In this document: positions 18,616 to 26,901 of the stretch, piece after piece
How positions within the stretch are numbered: the stretch's first letter is position 1
Layout of the letters: each line of letters starts with the position of its first letter
DNA from: Patescibacteria group bacterium
GTDB taxonomy: Bacteria > Patescibacteriota > UBA1384 > 2-12-FULL-50-11
Assembly: GCA_022843855.1 (NCBI GenBank)
Contig: JALHMV010000004.1
Coordinates: 1 to 47,681, forward strand
Direction: 5' to 3'
Length of the DNA: 47,681 bases
Translations under genes and position numbers: made by a program
The notes under the pieces: model-generated
The model's database searches: none
The model's input: the letters and a program-made list of their open reading frames with translations, nothing else
What the model was told of the DNA's origin: nothing

Positions 18616-18755
18616 CGAAAAACCTCTCCGAAATGAGAGGTAATTGCTTATATTCATCACTCCGTGTTAACGGTTGGTTGTAGCACCTTACCGATAGTAG
18701 GTTGCTGGCGGTTTTATCGGGCCAAGTCCCTGTCCGCACTCTTGATGGTAGATTG
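18616..18755 (-). promoter_or_regulatory. SAM-I (S-box) riboswitch with intrinsic terminator in the metK leader
   Basis: Minus strand reads ccaucaagagugcggacagggacuuggcccgauaaaaccgccagcaacc...gguaaggugcuacaacc...ccguuaacacggagugaugaa. This matches the S-box core (AUCAAGAG.GCGGA.AGGGAC.GGCCCGAU.A..CC.GCAACC...GGUGCUA). It is followed by ccucuc-auuucg-gagagg-uuuuu (18618-18640) and then the metK SD. Confidence 0.8.
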
Positions 18756-18903
18756 TTAACGTTACCACTATGCCGAGGTGCAACGCCCGCAGTCAAGTCT
18801 AAGTGCAAAGTGGAATACTCGCATAGATCAAATCAAACGATCCTTGCAGGGTGCCACAATTGAATTACAATCAAGGTAATAAAATAACGGAATAAGGAGA
18901 ACT

Positions 18904-19683
18904 ATGGAACCTGAGAAACGACTGGCCGGCCTGCGACGATTTAACTGGGTTATGGCGGTTTTGCATGCGGCGCAAGGCATTGCCATTATTGCATTGAGTG
19001 TCGACTTTAAGTTACCGATTACGGCGAATTACCTAACGTTTGATGTCGCAACTCAGTCGTTACTGCCGGCTTCGAGCGAACTATTCAGGCTGTCCCTACC
19101 TTGGTTGGTGGCAGTATTCTTCTTCCTCTCGAGCTTTGCGCACCTGAGTATTGCGAGTTACTACAACAAGACCTACGACGACAATCTCTTGAAGGGCATT
19201 AATAAGGCTCGGTGGTGGGAGTATTCTTTCTCGGCTTCAATTATGATGATCGCAATTTCGCTGCTGGTTGGTATCTACGACTTTGGTAGCCTACTCATGA
19301 TCTTTTCGCTCGTTGCAACGATGAACTTGCTCGGTTTGGTAATGGAAGTGCAAAATCAGGGTCGCCTTGAGCGCGGCGAGAAGCCAAACTGGTTTAGCTT
19401 CAACTTGGGTTCGTTCGCTGGCCTAATTCCGTGGATCGTGGTCGGGTTAGCGTTTTACTGGAGCGCAAAATTTAGCGGCGCGACGCCGCCAACGTTCGTC
19501 TATTGGATCTATGTCTCGATCTTCGTTTTCTTCAACTGTTTCGCGTTGAACATGATTTTGCAGTACAAGAAGGTCGGAAAGTGGGCAGACTATCTCTACG
19601 GCGAGAAAGCCTACATCGTACTGAGCTTGGTCGCCAAATCGCTGCTCGCGTGGCAGGTATTTGCCGGTACACTTCGTCCGTAA
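18904..19683 (+). CDS. Heliorhodopsin (7-TM retinal protein, inverted topology family)
   Basis: 259 aa, collinear with the reference heliorhodopsin 48C12 as I recall it. FNWVMAVLHAAQ (His), SSFAHLSIASYY (His), RWWEYSFSASIMM (counterion Glu). C-terminal GEKAYIVLSLVAKSLLAWQVFAGTLRP against GERAYIVLSLVAKSALAWQIFSGTLIPA (Schiff-base Lys, here Lys245). SD aaggag upstream. Confidence 0.9.
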   Translation: MEPEKRLAGLRRFNWVMAVLHAAQGIAIIALSVDFKLPITANYLTFDVATQSLLPASSELFRLSLPWLVAVFFFLSSFAHLSIASYYNKTYDDNLLKGINKARWWEYSFSASIMMIAISLLVGIYDFGSLLMIFSLVATMNLLGLVMEVQNQGRLERGEKPNWFSFNLGSFAGLIPWIVVGLAFYWSAKFSGATPPTFVYWIYVSIFVFFNCFALNMILQYKKVGKWADYLYGEKAYIVLSLVAKSLLAWQVFAGTLRP

Positions 19684-19686
19684 CAT

Positions 19687-20247
19687 ATGAATCGCTGCAT
19701 GATCGTGCATGGGTGGGCGGGGAATCCTTCCCATGGCTGGAAACCGTGGTTGAAAGCCGAACTGGAAGCAGCCGGGTGGCAGGTCGAAGCGCCTTCGATG
19801 CCTTCACCGAATACTCCTAAACTTAATGAGTGGCTCGAGGTGCTCGCAGAAATTGTCGGTACACCAGACGAAAACACATACTTTGTTGGTCACAGCTTGG
19901 GCTGCTACACATTTCTGAAATACATCGAACGCCTGCCGGAAAATCAAAGGATCGGTGGGGGAGTGATGGTCGCTGGTTTTGCCGGCTACCTCAAGCACAA
20001 AATCCCAGTTTTAGAAAAATACTATGAAGCCGGTTTGGATTGGGACAAGATCCGTCATCACAACGGCAAATACGCGGCCATTTATTCTGACCGTGATGAT
20101 TACGTCCGGGTAGAATCGGCCTTTGAATTTGAAAAACATCTCGGTGCCACACTGATCAAAAACAACGACTGGGAACACTTCTCCGGCGACGAAGGTATCA
20201 CCCAACTCCCCGACGTCCTCTCCGCATTACTCCACATCTCAAAGTAG
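19687..20247 (+). CDS. YdeN/RBBP9-type alpha/beta serine hydrolase
   Basis: 186 aa. MIVHGWAGNPSHGWKPWL N-terminus and GHSLG nucleophile elbow, with the size typical of the Ser_hydrolase family. Starts 3 nt after the heliorhodopsin stop. Confidence 0.72.
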   Translation: MNRCMIVHGWAGNPSHGWKPWLKAELEAAGWQVEAPSMPSPNTPKLNEWLEVLAEIVGTPDENTYFVGHSLGCYTFLKYIERLPENQRIGGGVMVAGFAGYLKHKIPVLEKYYEAGLDWDKIRHHNGKYAAIYSDRDDYVRVESAFEFEKHLGATLIKNNDWEHFSGDEGITQLPDVLSALLHISK

Positions 20248-20293
20248 CACCACTCAACTTTAGGTGCCCTCTAGTAACTGACATATGCTATGC

Positions 20294-20318
20294 AAAACCC
20301 GCCGACAAGGCGGGTTTT
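20294..20318. terminator. Bidirectional rho-independent terminator
   Basis: aaaacccgcc-gacaa-ggcgggtttt. A/T runs on both sides, between convergent genes. Confidence 0.65.
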
Positions 20319-20343
20319 GGGTTCGGTGAGGCGTCGAGCCTCA

Positions 20344-20568
20344 TTAGGCGGTGAGTGGCAGAGGGAGTCCGCCGCCATCGTCGTCAGACCATTCGATCGG
20401 CAGCATCAGTCTCTGCCCGAAACCGCAGACAACAGCCCACTGACCAGTCTCCGTGGTGATTAGGTACCACCAAACAAACCGACCGTGAAAACCGTTGAGC
20501 CGAATAATCCTATCGATTGACCAAACTTTCCAGTCCGCTTCTCGGGCGAGTGTGTGCAGGCGTTTCAT
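20344..20568 (-). CDS. Hypothetical protein (74 aa)
   Basis: ORF only, Trp-rich, with no motif and a weak RBS. It is bracketed by the terminator and a divergent intergenic region. Confidence 0.35.
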   Translation of the reverse strand: MKRLHTLAREADWKVWSIDRIIRLNGFHGRFVWWYLITTETGQWAVVCGFGQRLMLPIEWSDDDGGGLPLPLTA

Positions 20569-20689
20569 GGTGTGGCTCTCGACGATAACGGTCGCTCCAG
20601 TCTATCAGGCCACGATGACGCCGGCAAGGCCGCCCTCGGGAAACGACGGCAGTTGTGTTCGGTAAAACGGGGTATACAATGAAATAGAG

Positions 20690-22021
20690 ATGGAGGACCT
20701 GCGTCAGTACATCGAGAGCGCTCGCGCGAGCGGGATGACCGACGAACAGATCAAAGCCGAGTTGCGTCGCGTCGGCTGGACCGAAACGCACGTCAGCCAA
20801 GCCTTCTTTGCCGATCCGACAGCGCCGAAACCGCTGCTCGATTTGGGCGACGTAACGAGGACAGACAACTCATCCCCGCCGAAAGTAGATCCCGTACCGC
20901 AGCGTGAGAGCATCAACTCTCCGACCACTGCTCCGGTCGCGGCCGAGCCTACACCCCCGCTGAAAGAAGAGACGACGCCAACCGGATTTAACTGGGGGGC
21001 GTTTTGGCTGACGTGGATCTGGGGCATCGGTCATCGAATCTGGCTCTCTCTTCTCCTCATTCCGTTGGCGATTGCGACTGCTATTTTCTCGCTCTTCTAC
21101 TCGTTTTCGAGCGCTCTCGAAAGTTGGACGGCAACCTCCGGTCAATCGTCGGCAGATGCTTGGCTAATCTCCGGCGCCACCGTCGTCGTTAATCTGCTTA
21201 TTTCGTTGTGCTTTGGACGAAAGGGCACGGCTTGGGCCTGGCACCGTCGCGGTGACCGAGCGCTCGATCAGTTTCAGCGTCGCGAAAAAAGATGGGCGGT
21301 CATCGGTTGGGTCTTCGGCGCTTTGGTTGTCCTTGGGTGGGCGTTGTTTGCTGTTTCACTGATCGCAGATCGGGGCGCTTCAAACCAATTCGAATGCACG
21401 CCAGGTGTCCAAATAGAAATCGGGGGCATCAATCGCTGCGCCGACGAGTCGGGGGAGCAGACGGACACTGTCTCGACAACCAGCTTTAGCGGAACGGGTG
21501 TTCGTTTTGATCACAACGCCGCATGGCAGGTCAAACAGCTGAGCGCGCTGCTCGAAACGGGAGGCGGTGCCGGCGACCTGACCCTATTCTTCACGGCCGC
21601 GGCGATGAGCGAAACTGAGCAGCGTATCGCTGCTGTCAAGAACGATCCGAACGCCGATTTTGGTGCGGTCTTTGGACTTCTTTTTACTGTGCCGCAAGCC
21701 GCAGAGATGTCGGTTGTTACCTTGGAGGCAACGACAGCTCAAGCAGCGGCCGAAGCAGCGTCGCAGTCTACCTGTCAGGGCACGGTTTTTGAATCAGATA
21801 CCACCGCTCCGATCGACTCAAGCCGAATCGAAGCGATCACGTTCGCGAACCGACCGGCGTATGCCGTGGCCAGTCAGCCGAGTTGTCAGTTTGTTTTTTA
21901 CCAAGTCTTTGTTCAGCAAACCAACCAATCAACCGTTGCCCTAACCTTTAATCGAGCGGCTAACTTACAGGCACTCTCGGCTGATCAAAAGGTCGTCGAA
22001 CGATCGGTCCAGATTGACTAG
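20690..22021 (+). CDS. Hypothetical multi-pass membrane protein with extracytoplasmic C-terminal domain
   Basis: 443 aa. Small N-terminal helical domain (MTDEQIKAELRRVGWTETHVSQAF), a Pro/Thr linker, a TM block beginning FNWGAFWLTWIWGIGHRIW (DUF2628-like motif), then a ~210-aa Cys-containing C-terminal domain. Confidence 0.7.
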   Translation: MEDLRQYIESARASGMTDEQIKAELRRVGWTETHVSQAFFADPTAPKPLLDLGDVTRTDNSSPPKVDPVPQRESINSPTTAPVAAEPTPPLKEETTPTGFNWGAFWLTWIWGIGHRIWLSLLLIPLAIATAIFSLFYSFSSALESWTATSGQSSADAWLISGATVVVNLLISLCFGRKGTAWAWHRRGDRALDQFQRREKRWAVIGWVFGALVVLGWALFAVSLIADRGASNQFECTPGVQIEIGGINRCADESGEQTDTVSTTSFSGTGVRFDHNAAWQVKQLSALLETGGGAGDLTLFFTAAAMSETEQRIAAVKNDPNADFGAVFGLLFTVPQAAEMSVVTLEATTAQAAAEAASQSTCQGTVFESDTTAPIDSSRIEAITFANRPAYAVASQPSCQFVFYQVFVQQTNQSTVALTFNRAANLQALSADQKVVERSVQID

Positions 22022-22388
22022 ACGTCCGTCAGACTGCTGCGTGGCTGAGAGCGTCGAGGCCGCCCAAGCGCTCGGGACCAAGACAATCTGGTTCAATACC
22101 GGCACGTTCGGCCGTAAATACACCCTTGATCGCGATAGTCAGGTTACTGTGAGCGCCTCAAAACGAAAGGATCTCCTCAACGGTATCGACACAGAAGTGT
22201 TGCGCGCCAAAGCGAAAGGTTACGAGGTCACGATCAACCTGTTCGCCGAGGATAAGAGCGCCACGTCCGAAGCAACTGACTGGTCGTATCTCTCATCCGG
22301 TGAGGAAATACAGATTCTGAGCGGGTTTATCAATCGCTTGAAGCGAGAGAATATCGCTTTTAGCTTCTTCGATATCGTTCGCCAGTGA
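22014..22388 (+). CDS. Hypothetical protein; the N-terminus resembles a degenerate HAD-hydrolase C-terminal motif (possible gene remnant)
   Basis: Only TTG 22014 or GTG 22038 are available as starts. PSDCCVAESVEAAQALGTKTIWFNTG resembles the HAD motif IV region, but the catalytic GD..D is replaced by AE..E. Confidence 0.35.
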   Translation: MTRRPSDCCVAESVEAAQALGTKTIWFNTGTFGRKYTLDRDSQVTVSASKRKDLLNGIDTEVLRAKAKGYEVTINLFAEDKSATSEATDWSYLSSGEEIQILSGFINRLKRENIAFSFFDIVRQ

Positions 22389-22538
22389 GGTCACTCTCGG
22401 CAGGACAGGCGCCCAAGACAGAGCAACGGGGTAGTCTGCGTGCAGGCGACATAGCCGGTGGTGCTCAAGTTGGCTGATTGTCTCTCGGTTTGATCTCGGG
22501 TATCCTGTTGTCTGGCCCGCGGAGGGGGCAAACGCACA

Positions 22539-22895
22539 TTGGATAACGAAGAAATCACCCGAAGAGACCTTCTGCGTGTAGGTTTAGCTCTAGTTGGTAG
22601 CCTCACAATCCTCAGCTGCGGCGGAGGAGGTGGAGGCGGCCTCGGCTCGACAACGCGCTCGGTTCTTGACCGAACGATCGCCCAATACGGTTCCGATAGT
22701 GTGGTGGCCGATCCGGAGAGTCCTGACTACCTTGTCCAGGTTGGCACGCTCGCGCCGACCAACGACAGCCAGGGGCTTATTTTCCAGATCAATGGTCAGT
22801 TTCCGCCGGAGACGAGTGGTGACGTTAGCGCCGCACGGACTTTTATGGTTCGGGATACGGACACGATTACCTGGCTACTGGTGACACGTCGTTGA
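22539..22895 (+). CDS. Predicted Tat-signal lipoprotein (118 aa)
   Basis: TTG start 10 nt after ggaggggg. Twin-arginine motif ITRRDLLRVG, hydrophobic core, lipobox LSC followed by a G7 linker. Confidence 0.6.
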   Translation: MDNEEITRRDLLRVGLALVGSLTILSCGGGGGGGLGSTTRSVLDRTIAQYGSDSVVADPESPDYLVQVGTLAPTNDSQGLIFQINGQFPPETSGDVSAARTFMVRDTDTITWLLVTRR

Positions 22896-22966
22896 CCGCA
22901 CTTATTGAGGGAGGATCAGGGCCACGGCTCTTGTCCTCCCTTTCACTTTTTAATACAAACAAACAA

Positions 22967-24388
22967 ATGCTAAAACGCTTTCTCTACCTTCTTGCTGTCA
23001 TCGCTGTTGGTTTTGTGCCGTTTTTGGTTACGCACGCCCAGACAGCTCGTTTTGCTTTGGTTGCAATAAGCCCGACTGGCCAAAAAACAGTTTGTGTTGA
23101 ACGCGCCAGCCAGTCGGTTCTAAACGCGCTCGGCGAAAACGGTTTTACGCCAAAACAGGACGATACCGGTTTTATTTACTCGCTCATCGGTCACGACGGA
23201 CCGGTTTCAACTGATCCCGCAGCACAAGCAGCGTTTTGGGGATTTTGGTGGGCGAGTGGCGATAATCTCGGTTTTAGTGATCGCGGTCCGGCCGAGGTTG
23301 TCCCGCAAACTAACAATCGTTACGTCTTCTCTTTCGGCAACGGCACATTGCCATCCAGCATCCCGTCATTCCAAAGCGTTTGCCCGGATCCGGTTCAACC
23401 AGCCGCCGCGCCGGTAAACAATAGTCAGTCAACATCAACGCCCGCGCCCGTTGCTAATCCGAGCGGCCCAACGCTTCAAACATCGATTAACTATTTACGC
23501 ACTAACTTTGCAGCCCAAGCGCTGGCCAACCGAGACTGGGGCGCGATGGCGCTTGGCGCTAATGGAGTAAGCGTTGCAACCGGTACGACCGCTGACCCGA
23601 GTGTCCTAAGCTTGGCGCGCAATGCGCTCGGTAAGGCAGCCCAGGGACAAGAACGAACAAGTTTGGTTGACCAGATTAAAGCGTCGTACGCTGGCGGTCA
23701 GCTCGGGGAAAGTACGCTCATAAGCGACGATATTTTTGGAGTTTTGGCAATTCAGGCAACTGACCCGGCTTGGCTGAGGACACGCACGGATATTTTTCAG
23801 ACGATTCTCAGTTCGCAACGGAGTGACGGTTCGTTTGGCTACAGTGAAAGCGGCGACGGTGATGCCGATATGACAGCCGCTGCAGTCTGGGCGCTGGTCT
23901 ATGCGCCAACATACCCAACCGATGTCATCGCCCGTGCCTTTAACTACCTCAACGCTGCGCGCGCCAGTGACGGCGGCTACGGTTACCGGCCCGGGGCCGC
24001 TGCTAGTGTTGCTACCTCCAGTTGGGTTCTGCTCGCGTATCGAGCAACCGACACGGCTTTTCCGGCACTGGAGACCTACCTCCATAACCAGCGACAAGCA
24101 GACGGCTCGTATCTTCAGTCAGGTCAACCGAATTACCTGAATACGGCCTACGCTGTGTTGGCGTTGTCTGGCCAGCGGATGCCTATTGTCCCAGCGGCTA
24201 CCCCAAACCCGACACCAGCTCCGACTCCATCCCCAACACCAAAACCGACTACTTCGGTATACGGTAACGGCGCTTCGGCGATCGAGCGCACATACACAGA
24301 GACGAACGACTTTGGCTGCTCTGCTAGCGCAGCCGCCACCGCAACGGGTACTGCCGCTTCCGCAACAGCCATCGCCGTCTGTTGGTGA
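22967..24388 (+). CDS. Secreted protein: N-terminal DUF4430-like domain plus prenyltransferase/terpene-cyclase-like alpha-alpha repeats
   Basis: 473 aa from ATG 22967, with a signal peptide (MLKRFLYLLAVIAVGFVPFLVTHAQT). DUF4430-like segment (VCVERASQSVLNALGENGF...FWGFWWASGDN). Repeats QRSDGSFGYSE / RASDGGYGYRP / RQADGSYLQ. PTPAPTPSPTPKPT linker and a Cys-containing tail. Family calls are tentative. Confidence 0.65.
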   Translation: MLKRFLYLLAVIAVGFVPFLVTHAQTARFALVAISPTGQKTVCVERASQSVLNALGENGFTPKQDDTGFIYSLIGHDGPVSTDPAAQAAFWGFWWASGDNLGFSDRGPAEVVPQTNNRYVFSFGNGTLPSSIPSFQSVCPDPVQPAAAPVNNSQSTSTPAPVANPSGPTLQTSINYLRTNFAAQALANRDWGAMALGANGVSVATGTTADPSVLSLARNALGKAAQGQERTSLVDQIKASYAGGQLGESTLISDDIFGVLAIQATDPAWLRTRTDIFQTILSSQRSDGSFGYSESGDGDADMTAAAVWALVYAPTYPTDVIARAFNYLNAARASDGGYGYRPGAAASVATSSWVLLAYRATDTAFPALETYLHNQRQADGSYLQSGQPNYLNTAYAVLALSGQRMPIVPAATPNPTPAPTPSPTPKPTTSVYGNGASAIERTYTETNDFGCSASAAATATGTAASATAIAVCW

Positions 24389-24463
24389 TGCGGCCGACGA
24401 ACCGCTATCAACAACAACGAATCGCTTAGTGACGTTTTCTGGCTAAATCGGTCGGTTTCTTTC

Positions 24464-24492
24464 TTGACTGGCAATCAAGAAACTGTCAAAAT
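24464..24492 (+). promoter_or_regulatory. Candidate promoter for the rplC-led ribosomal operon
   Basis: TTGACT (24464-24469), a 17-nt spacer ending in tgt, then CAAAAT (24487-24492), about 48 nt upstream of the rplC ATG. Pattern match only. Confidence 0.4.
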
Positions 24493-24539
24493 AGCCCTAA
24501 TGTGTGCTCGGTTAATAGCCGTACAACACGGATATCGAA

Positions 24540-25124
24540 ATGACAAAAGCAATCTTGGGATGGAAACTTGGTATGACACAAGTGTGGGACGACAAAGGTC
24601 GTCTGGTTCCTGCTACTGTTATTTTCGCGCCGAGCAATACTGTTCTCACCAAGACTGAAGACCGCGTTCTCGTCGGCATCGCTACTCGCGGCAAGACCAA
24701 CAAAGCCCAGGCTCATCTCGCTAAGAAAATCGATTCGAAGCGTGGCATCGCCCTCAAAGAACTAACCGGCGTTTCTCCGGATATGGAAACGCTTTCGGTT
24801 AGCCAGTTTGCTGTTGGCGATAAGCTCAGTATCAGCGGCGTAACCAAAGGTAAAGGCTTTGCCGGTACGATCAAGCGTCATAATTTCCACCGTGGACCGA
24901 TGACTCACGGCTCAGACAATATTCGCCAGCCGGGTTCGATCGGTGCGCAGCGTCCGCAGCGCGTGCCAAAAGGCCAAAAAATGGCTGGTCACATGGGCGC
25001 AGTCAACCTGACCGTTCGTGGTAACAAGGTTTTGGCCGTCAACGCTGAAGAGAATCTCCTGATCGTCTCCGGCGCAGTCCCTGGTCCCGCCAAAGGACGT
25101 ATTTTAGTACGGAGCAACTCATGA
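24540..25124 (+). CDS. rplC: 50S ribosomal protein L3
   Basis: 194 aa with ILGWKLGMTQVWD and KGKGFAGTIKRHNFHRGPMTHGS. Confidence 0.97.
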   Translation: MTKAILGWKLGMTQVWDDKGRLVPATVIFAPSNTVLTKTEDRVLVGIATRGKTNKAQAHLAKKIDSKRGIALKELTGVSPDMETLSVSQFAVGDKLSISGVTKGKGFAGTIKRHNFHRGPMTHGSDNIRQPGSIGAQRPQRVPKGQKMAGHMGAVNLTVRGNKVLAVNAEENLLIVSGAVPGPAKGRILVRSNS

Positions 25125-25750
25125 GCAAGAAAAACGTCAATATTTCATTAATTAAGCAGGCGGTCCTCGCCAAACAGGCCAACGCTCGTCAAGCTACATC
25201 TGCGACCAAGACTCGCGGTATGGTTCGTGGTGGCGGTCAAAAGCCGTGGAAGCAAAAAGGCACTGGTCGTGCCCGTGCTGGTACCAAAACCTCCCCGATT
25301 TGGGTGGGTGGTGGCCAAGTTTTTGGTCCGCACAAAGACCGCAACTATAAAACTCGTTTACCAAAAAAGATGCAGCGCGCGGCTTTTAAAGAAATGCTCA
25401 CCGCCATTAAGGATCGTATTGTGTCGGTCCCATCTTTGGCGATGAAAACCGCTAAGACAAAAGACGCCGTGGCGATGCTGGCCAAGCACGACCTAAGGGG
25501 TAAACTTCTTCTGGTTACCGAAGCAATTCAGCCAGAGCTTCTACTGTCGACCAACAACCTGCCGAATGTTGAGGTGAAGATGGCGCGTGATTTATCGATC
25601 ATTGACTTAACTGACACGCGAACAATCGTCATGGAAGAGGCAACATACGCTGGCTACTTTGGACCAACTACCGCTCCAGCCAAAGCCGACAAGCCTAAAG
25701 CAGCGGCTAAAAAAACTGCGCCTAAGGCCACGAAGACGGAGAAGAAATAA
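25121..25750 (+). CDS. rplD: 50S ribosomal protein L4
   Basis: 209 aa with [33 protein letters not shown] overlap with rplC. Confidence 0.97.
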   Translation: MSKKNVNISLIKQAVLAKQANARQATSATKTRGMVRGGGQKPWKQKGTGRARAGTKTSPIWVGGGQVFGPHKDRNYKTRLPKKMQRAAFKEMLTAIKDRIVSVPSLAMKTAKTKDAVAMLAKHDLRGKLLLVTEAIQPELLLSTNNLPNVEVKMARDLSIIDLTDTRTIVMEEATYAGYFGPTTAPAKADKPKAAAKKTAPKATKTEKK

Positions 25751-26073
25751 TGTTTTCAGTGATCAAACCACTCCTAACTGAAAAGTCTGCGGCCAAGATG
25801 TCTGACGGCCTTTACGTTCTTCAGGTTGCTGAAGACGCTACCAAAACGAGCGTTGCTCAAGATGTCGCTACGATGTACAAAGTCGACGCTGTTTCAGTTC
25901 GCATCGTAAATACCCCAGATCGTCGGGTTCGCTTTCGCGGACGCAAAGGAGTTCAGGGCGGCTTCAAGAAGGCCTACGTTCAACTGAAGAAGGGGCAAGA
26001 ACTGCCTGGCTTTGAAGTAAAGAAAGAAAAAGAAACTGGCAAAGACAAGAAAGCTGCAAAGGAGACTAAGTAA
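25750..26073 (+). CDS. rplW: 50S ribosomal protein L23
   Basis: 107 aa. LLTEKS...YVLQV...KTSVAQDVATMYKVDAVSVRIVN. Lys-rich C-terminal extension. Confidence 0.95.
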   Translation: MFSVIKPLLTEKSAAKMSDGLYVLQVAEDATKTSVAQDVATMYKVDAVSVRIVNTPDRRVRFRGRKGVQGGFKKAYVQLKKGQELPGFEVKKEKETGKDKKAAKETK

Positions 26074-26900
26074 TGCCACGCGTCGTCAAATCTACCAATA
26101 ATGCTCGTCGTGGTCTCAGCTACGCTGACTTTTCAACGCTTACCAAAAAACGTCCAGAGAAGTCGTTAACCGTAAAACTCAAAAAGCACGCCGGTCGTGA
26201 TAACCGTGGGCATATCGCCATCCGTCACCGTGGTGGCGGTGCCAAGCGAATGTACCGAATGGTTGATTTTAAATTCATGCCATTTGAGGGTAAGGCCACC
26301 GTGACTGCGATCGAGTACGACCCAAATCGCAGCGCCTTTATCGCCCTTATCGAGCTACCCGACAAGAAAAAGGCCTATATCCTCGCTCCTGACGAGTTAA
26401 AAGTCGGCGACACCGTTACCTCGGGCGCGGCTAAGGCGCAAACAATCGGTTCTCGTCTAAAATTGGCTGACATCGCCGTTGGTACTGCAATCCACAACAT
26501 CGAGCTACAACCAGGACGGGGCGGCCAGATTGTCCGCTCGGCTGGTTCGTCCGCTACTGTTACCGCCAAAGAAGGTAAGTACGCCTATATCCGTCTGGCT
26601 TCTTCAGAAGTTCGTCGCGTCTTGCTAGAATGCATGGCGTCGATTGGACGAGTCTCCAACTCGACTCACAACCTAATTCGTGTTGCCAAAGCCGGCCGTA
26701 AACGTCATATGGGCCATCGACCAACCGTTCGTGGTAAGGCGATGAACCCGAATAGTCACCCGCACGGTGGTGGTGAAGCTGTTAACCCGATTGGTTTGAA
26801 ATATCCAAAGACTCCATGGGGTAAGCACGCGCTCGGCGTTAAGACACGTCGCAATAAACGTACCGACAAATTTATCGTTTCAAGGAGAAAGAAGAAATAA
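26073..26900 (+). CDS. rplB: 50S ribosomal protein L2
   Basis: 275 aa with [16 protein letters not shown] and [16 protein letters not shown]. Confidence 0.98.
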   Translation: MPRVVKSTNNARRGLSYADFSTLTKKRPEKSLTVKLKKHAGRDNRGHIAIRHRGGGAKRMYRMVDFKFMPFEGKATVTAIEYDPNRSAFIALIELPDKKKAYILAPDELKVGDTVTSGAAKAQTIGSRLKLADIAVGTAIHNIELQPGRGGQIVRSAGSSATVTAKEGKYAYIRLASSEVRRVLLECMASIGRVSNSTHNLIRVAKAGRKRHMGHRPTVRGKAMNPNSHPHGGGEAVNPIGLKYPKTPWGKHALGVKTRRNKRTDKFIVSRRKKK

Positions 26901-26901
26901 G

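Noticed and set aside
22594-22884. 96-aa alternative-frame ORF inside the Tat-lipoprotein gene
   Set aside because: The 22539 frame has an SD at proper spacing, a twin-arginine motif and a lipobox. The alternative frame is Arg/Ser-rich with no features.
4681-24539. Classical mobile genetic element (integrative island, transposon or prophage)
   Set aside because: There is no integrase, transposase, recombinase, tRNA target or phage structural gene. The only sequence shared by the two junctions is a 7-nt acgtttt (4681-4687; 24432-24438), too short to count as an att or direct repeat.
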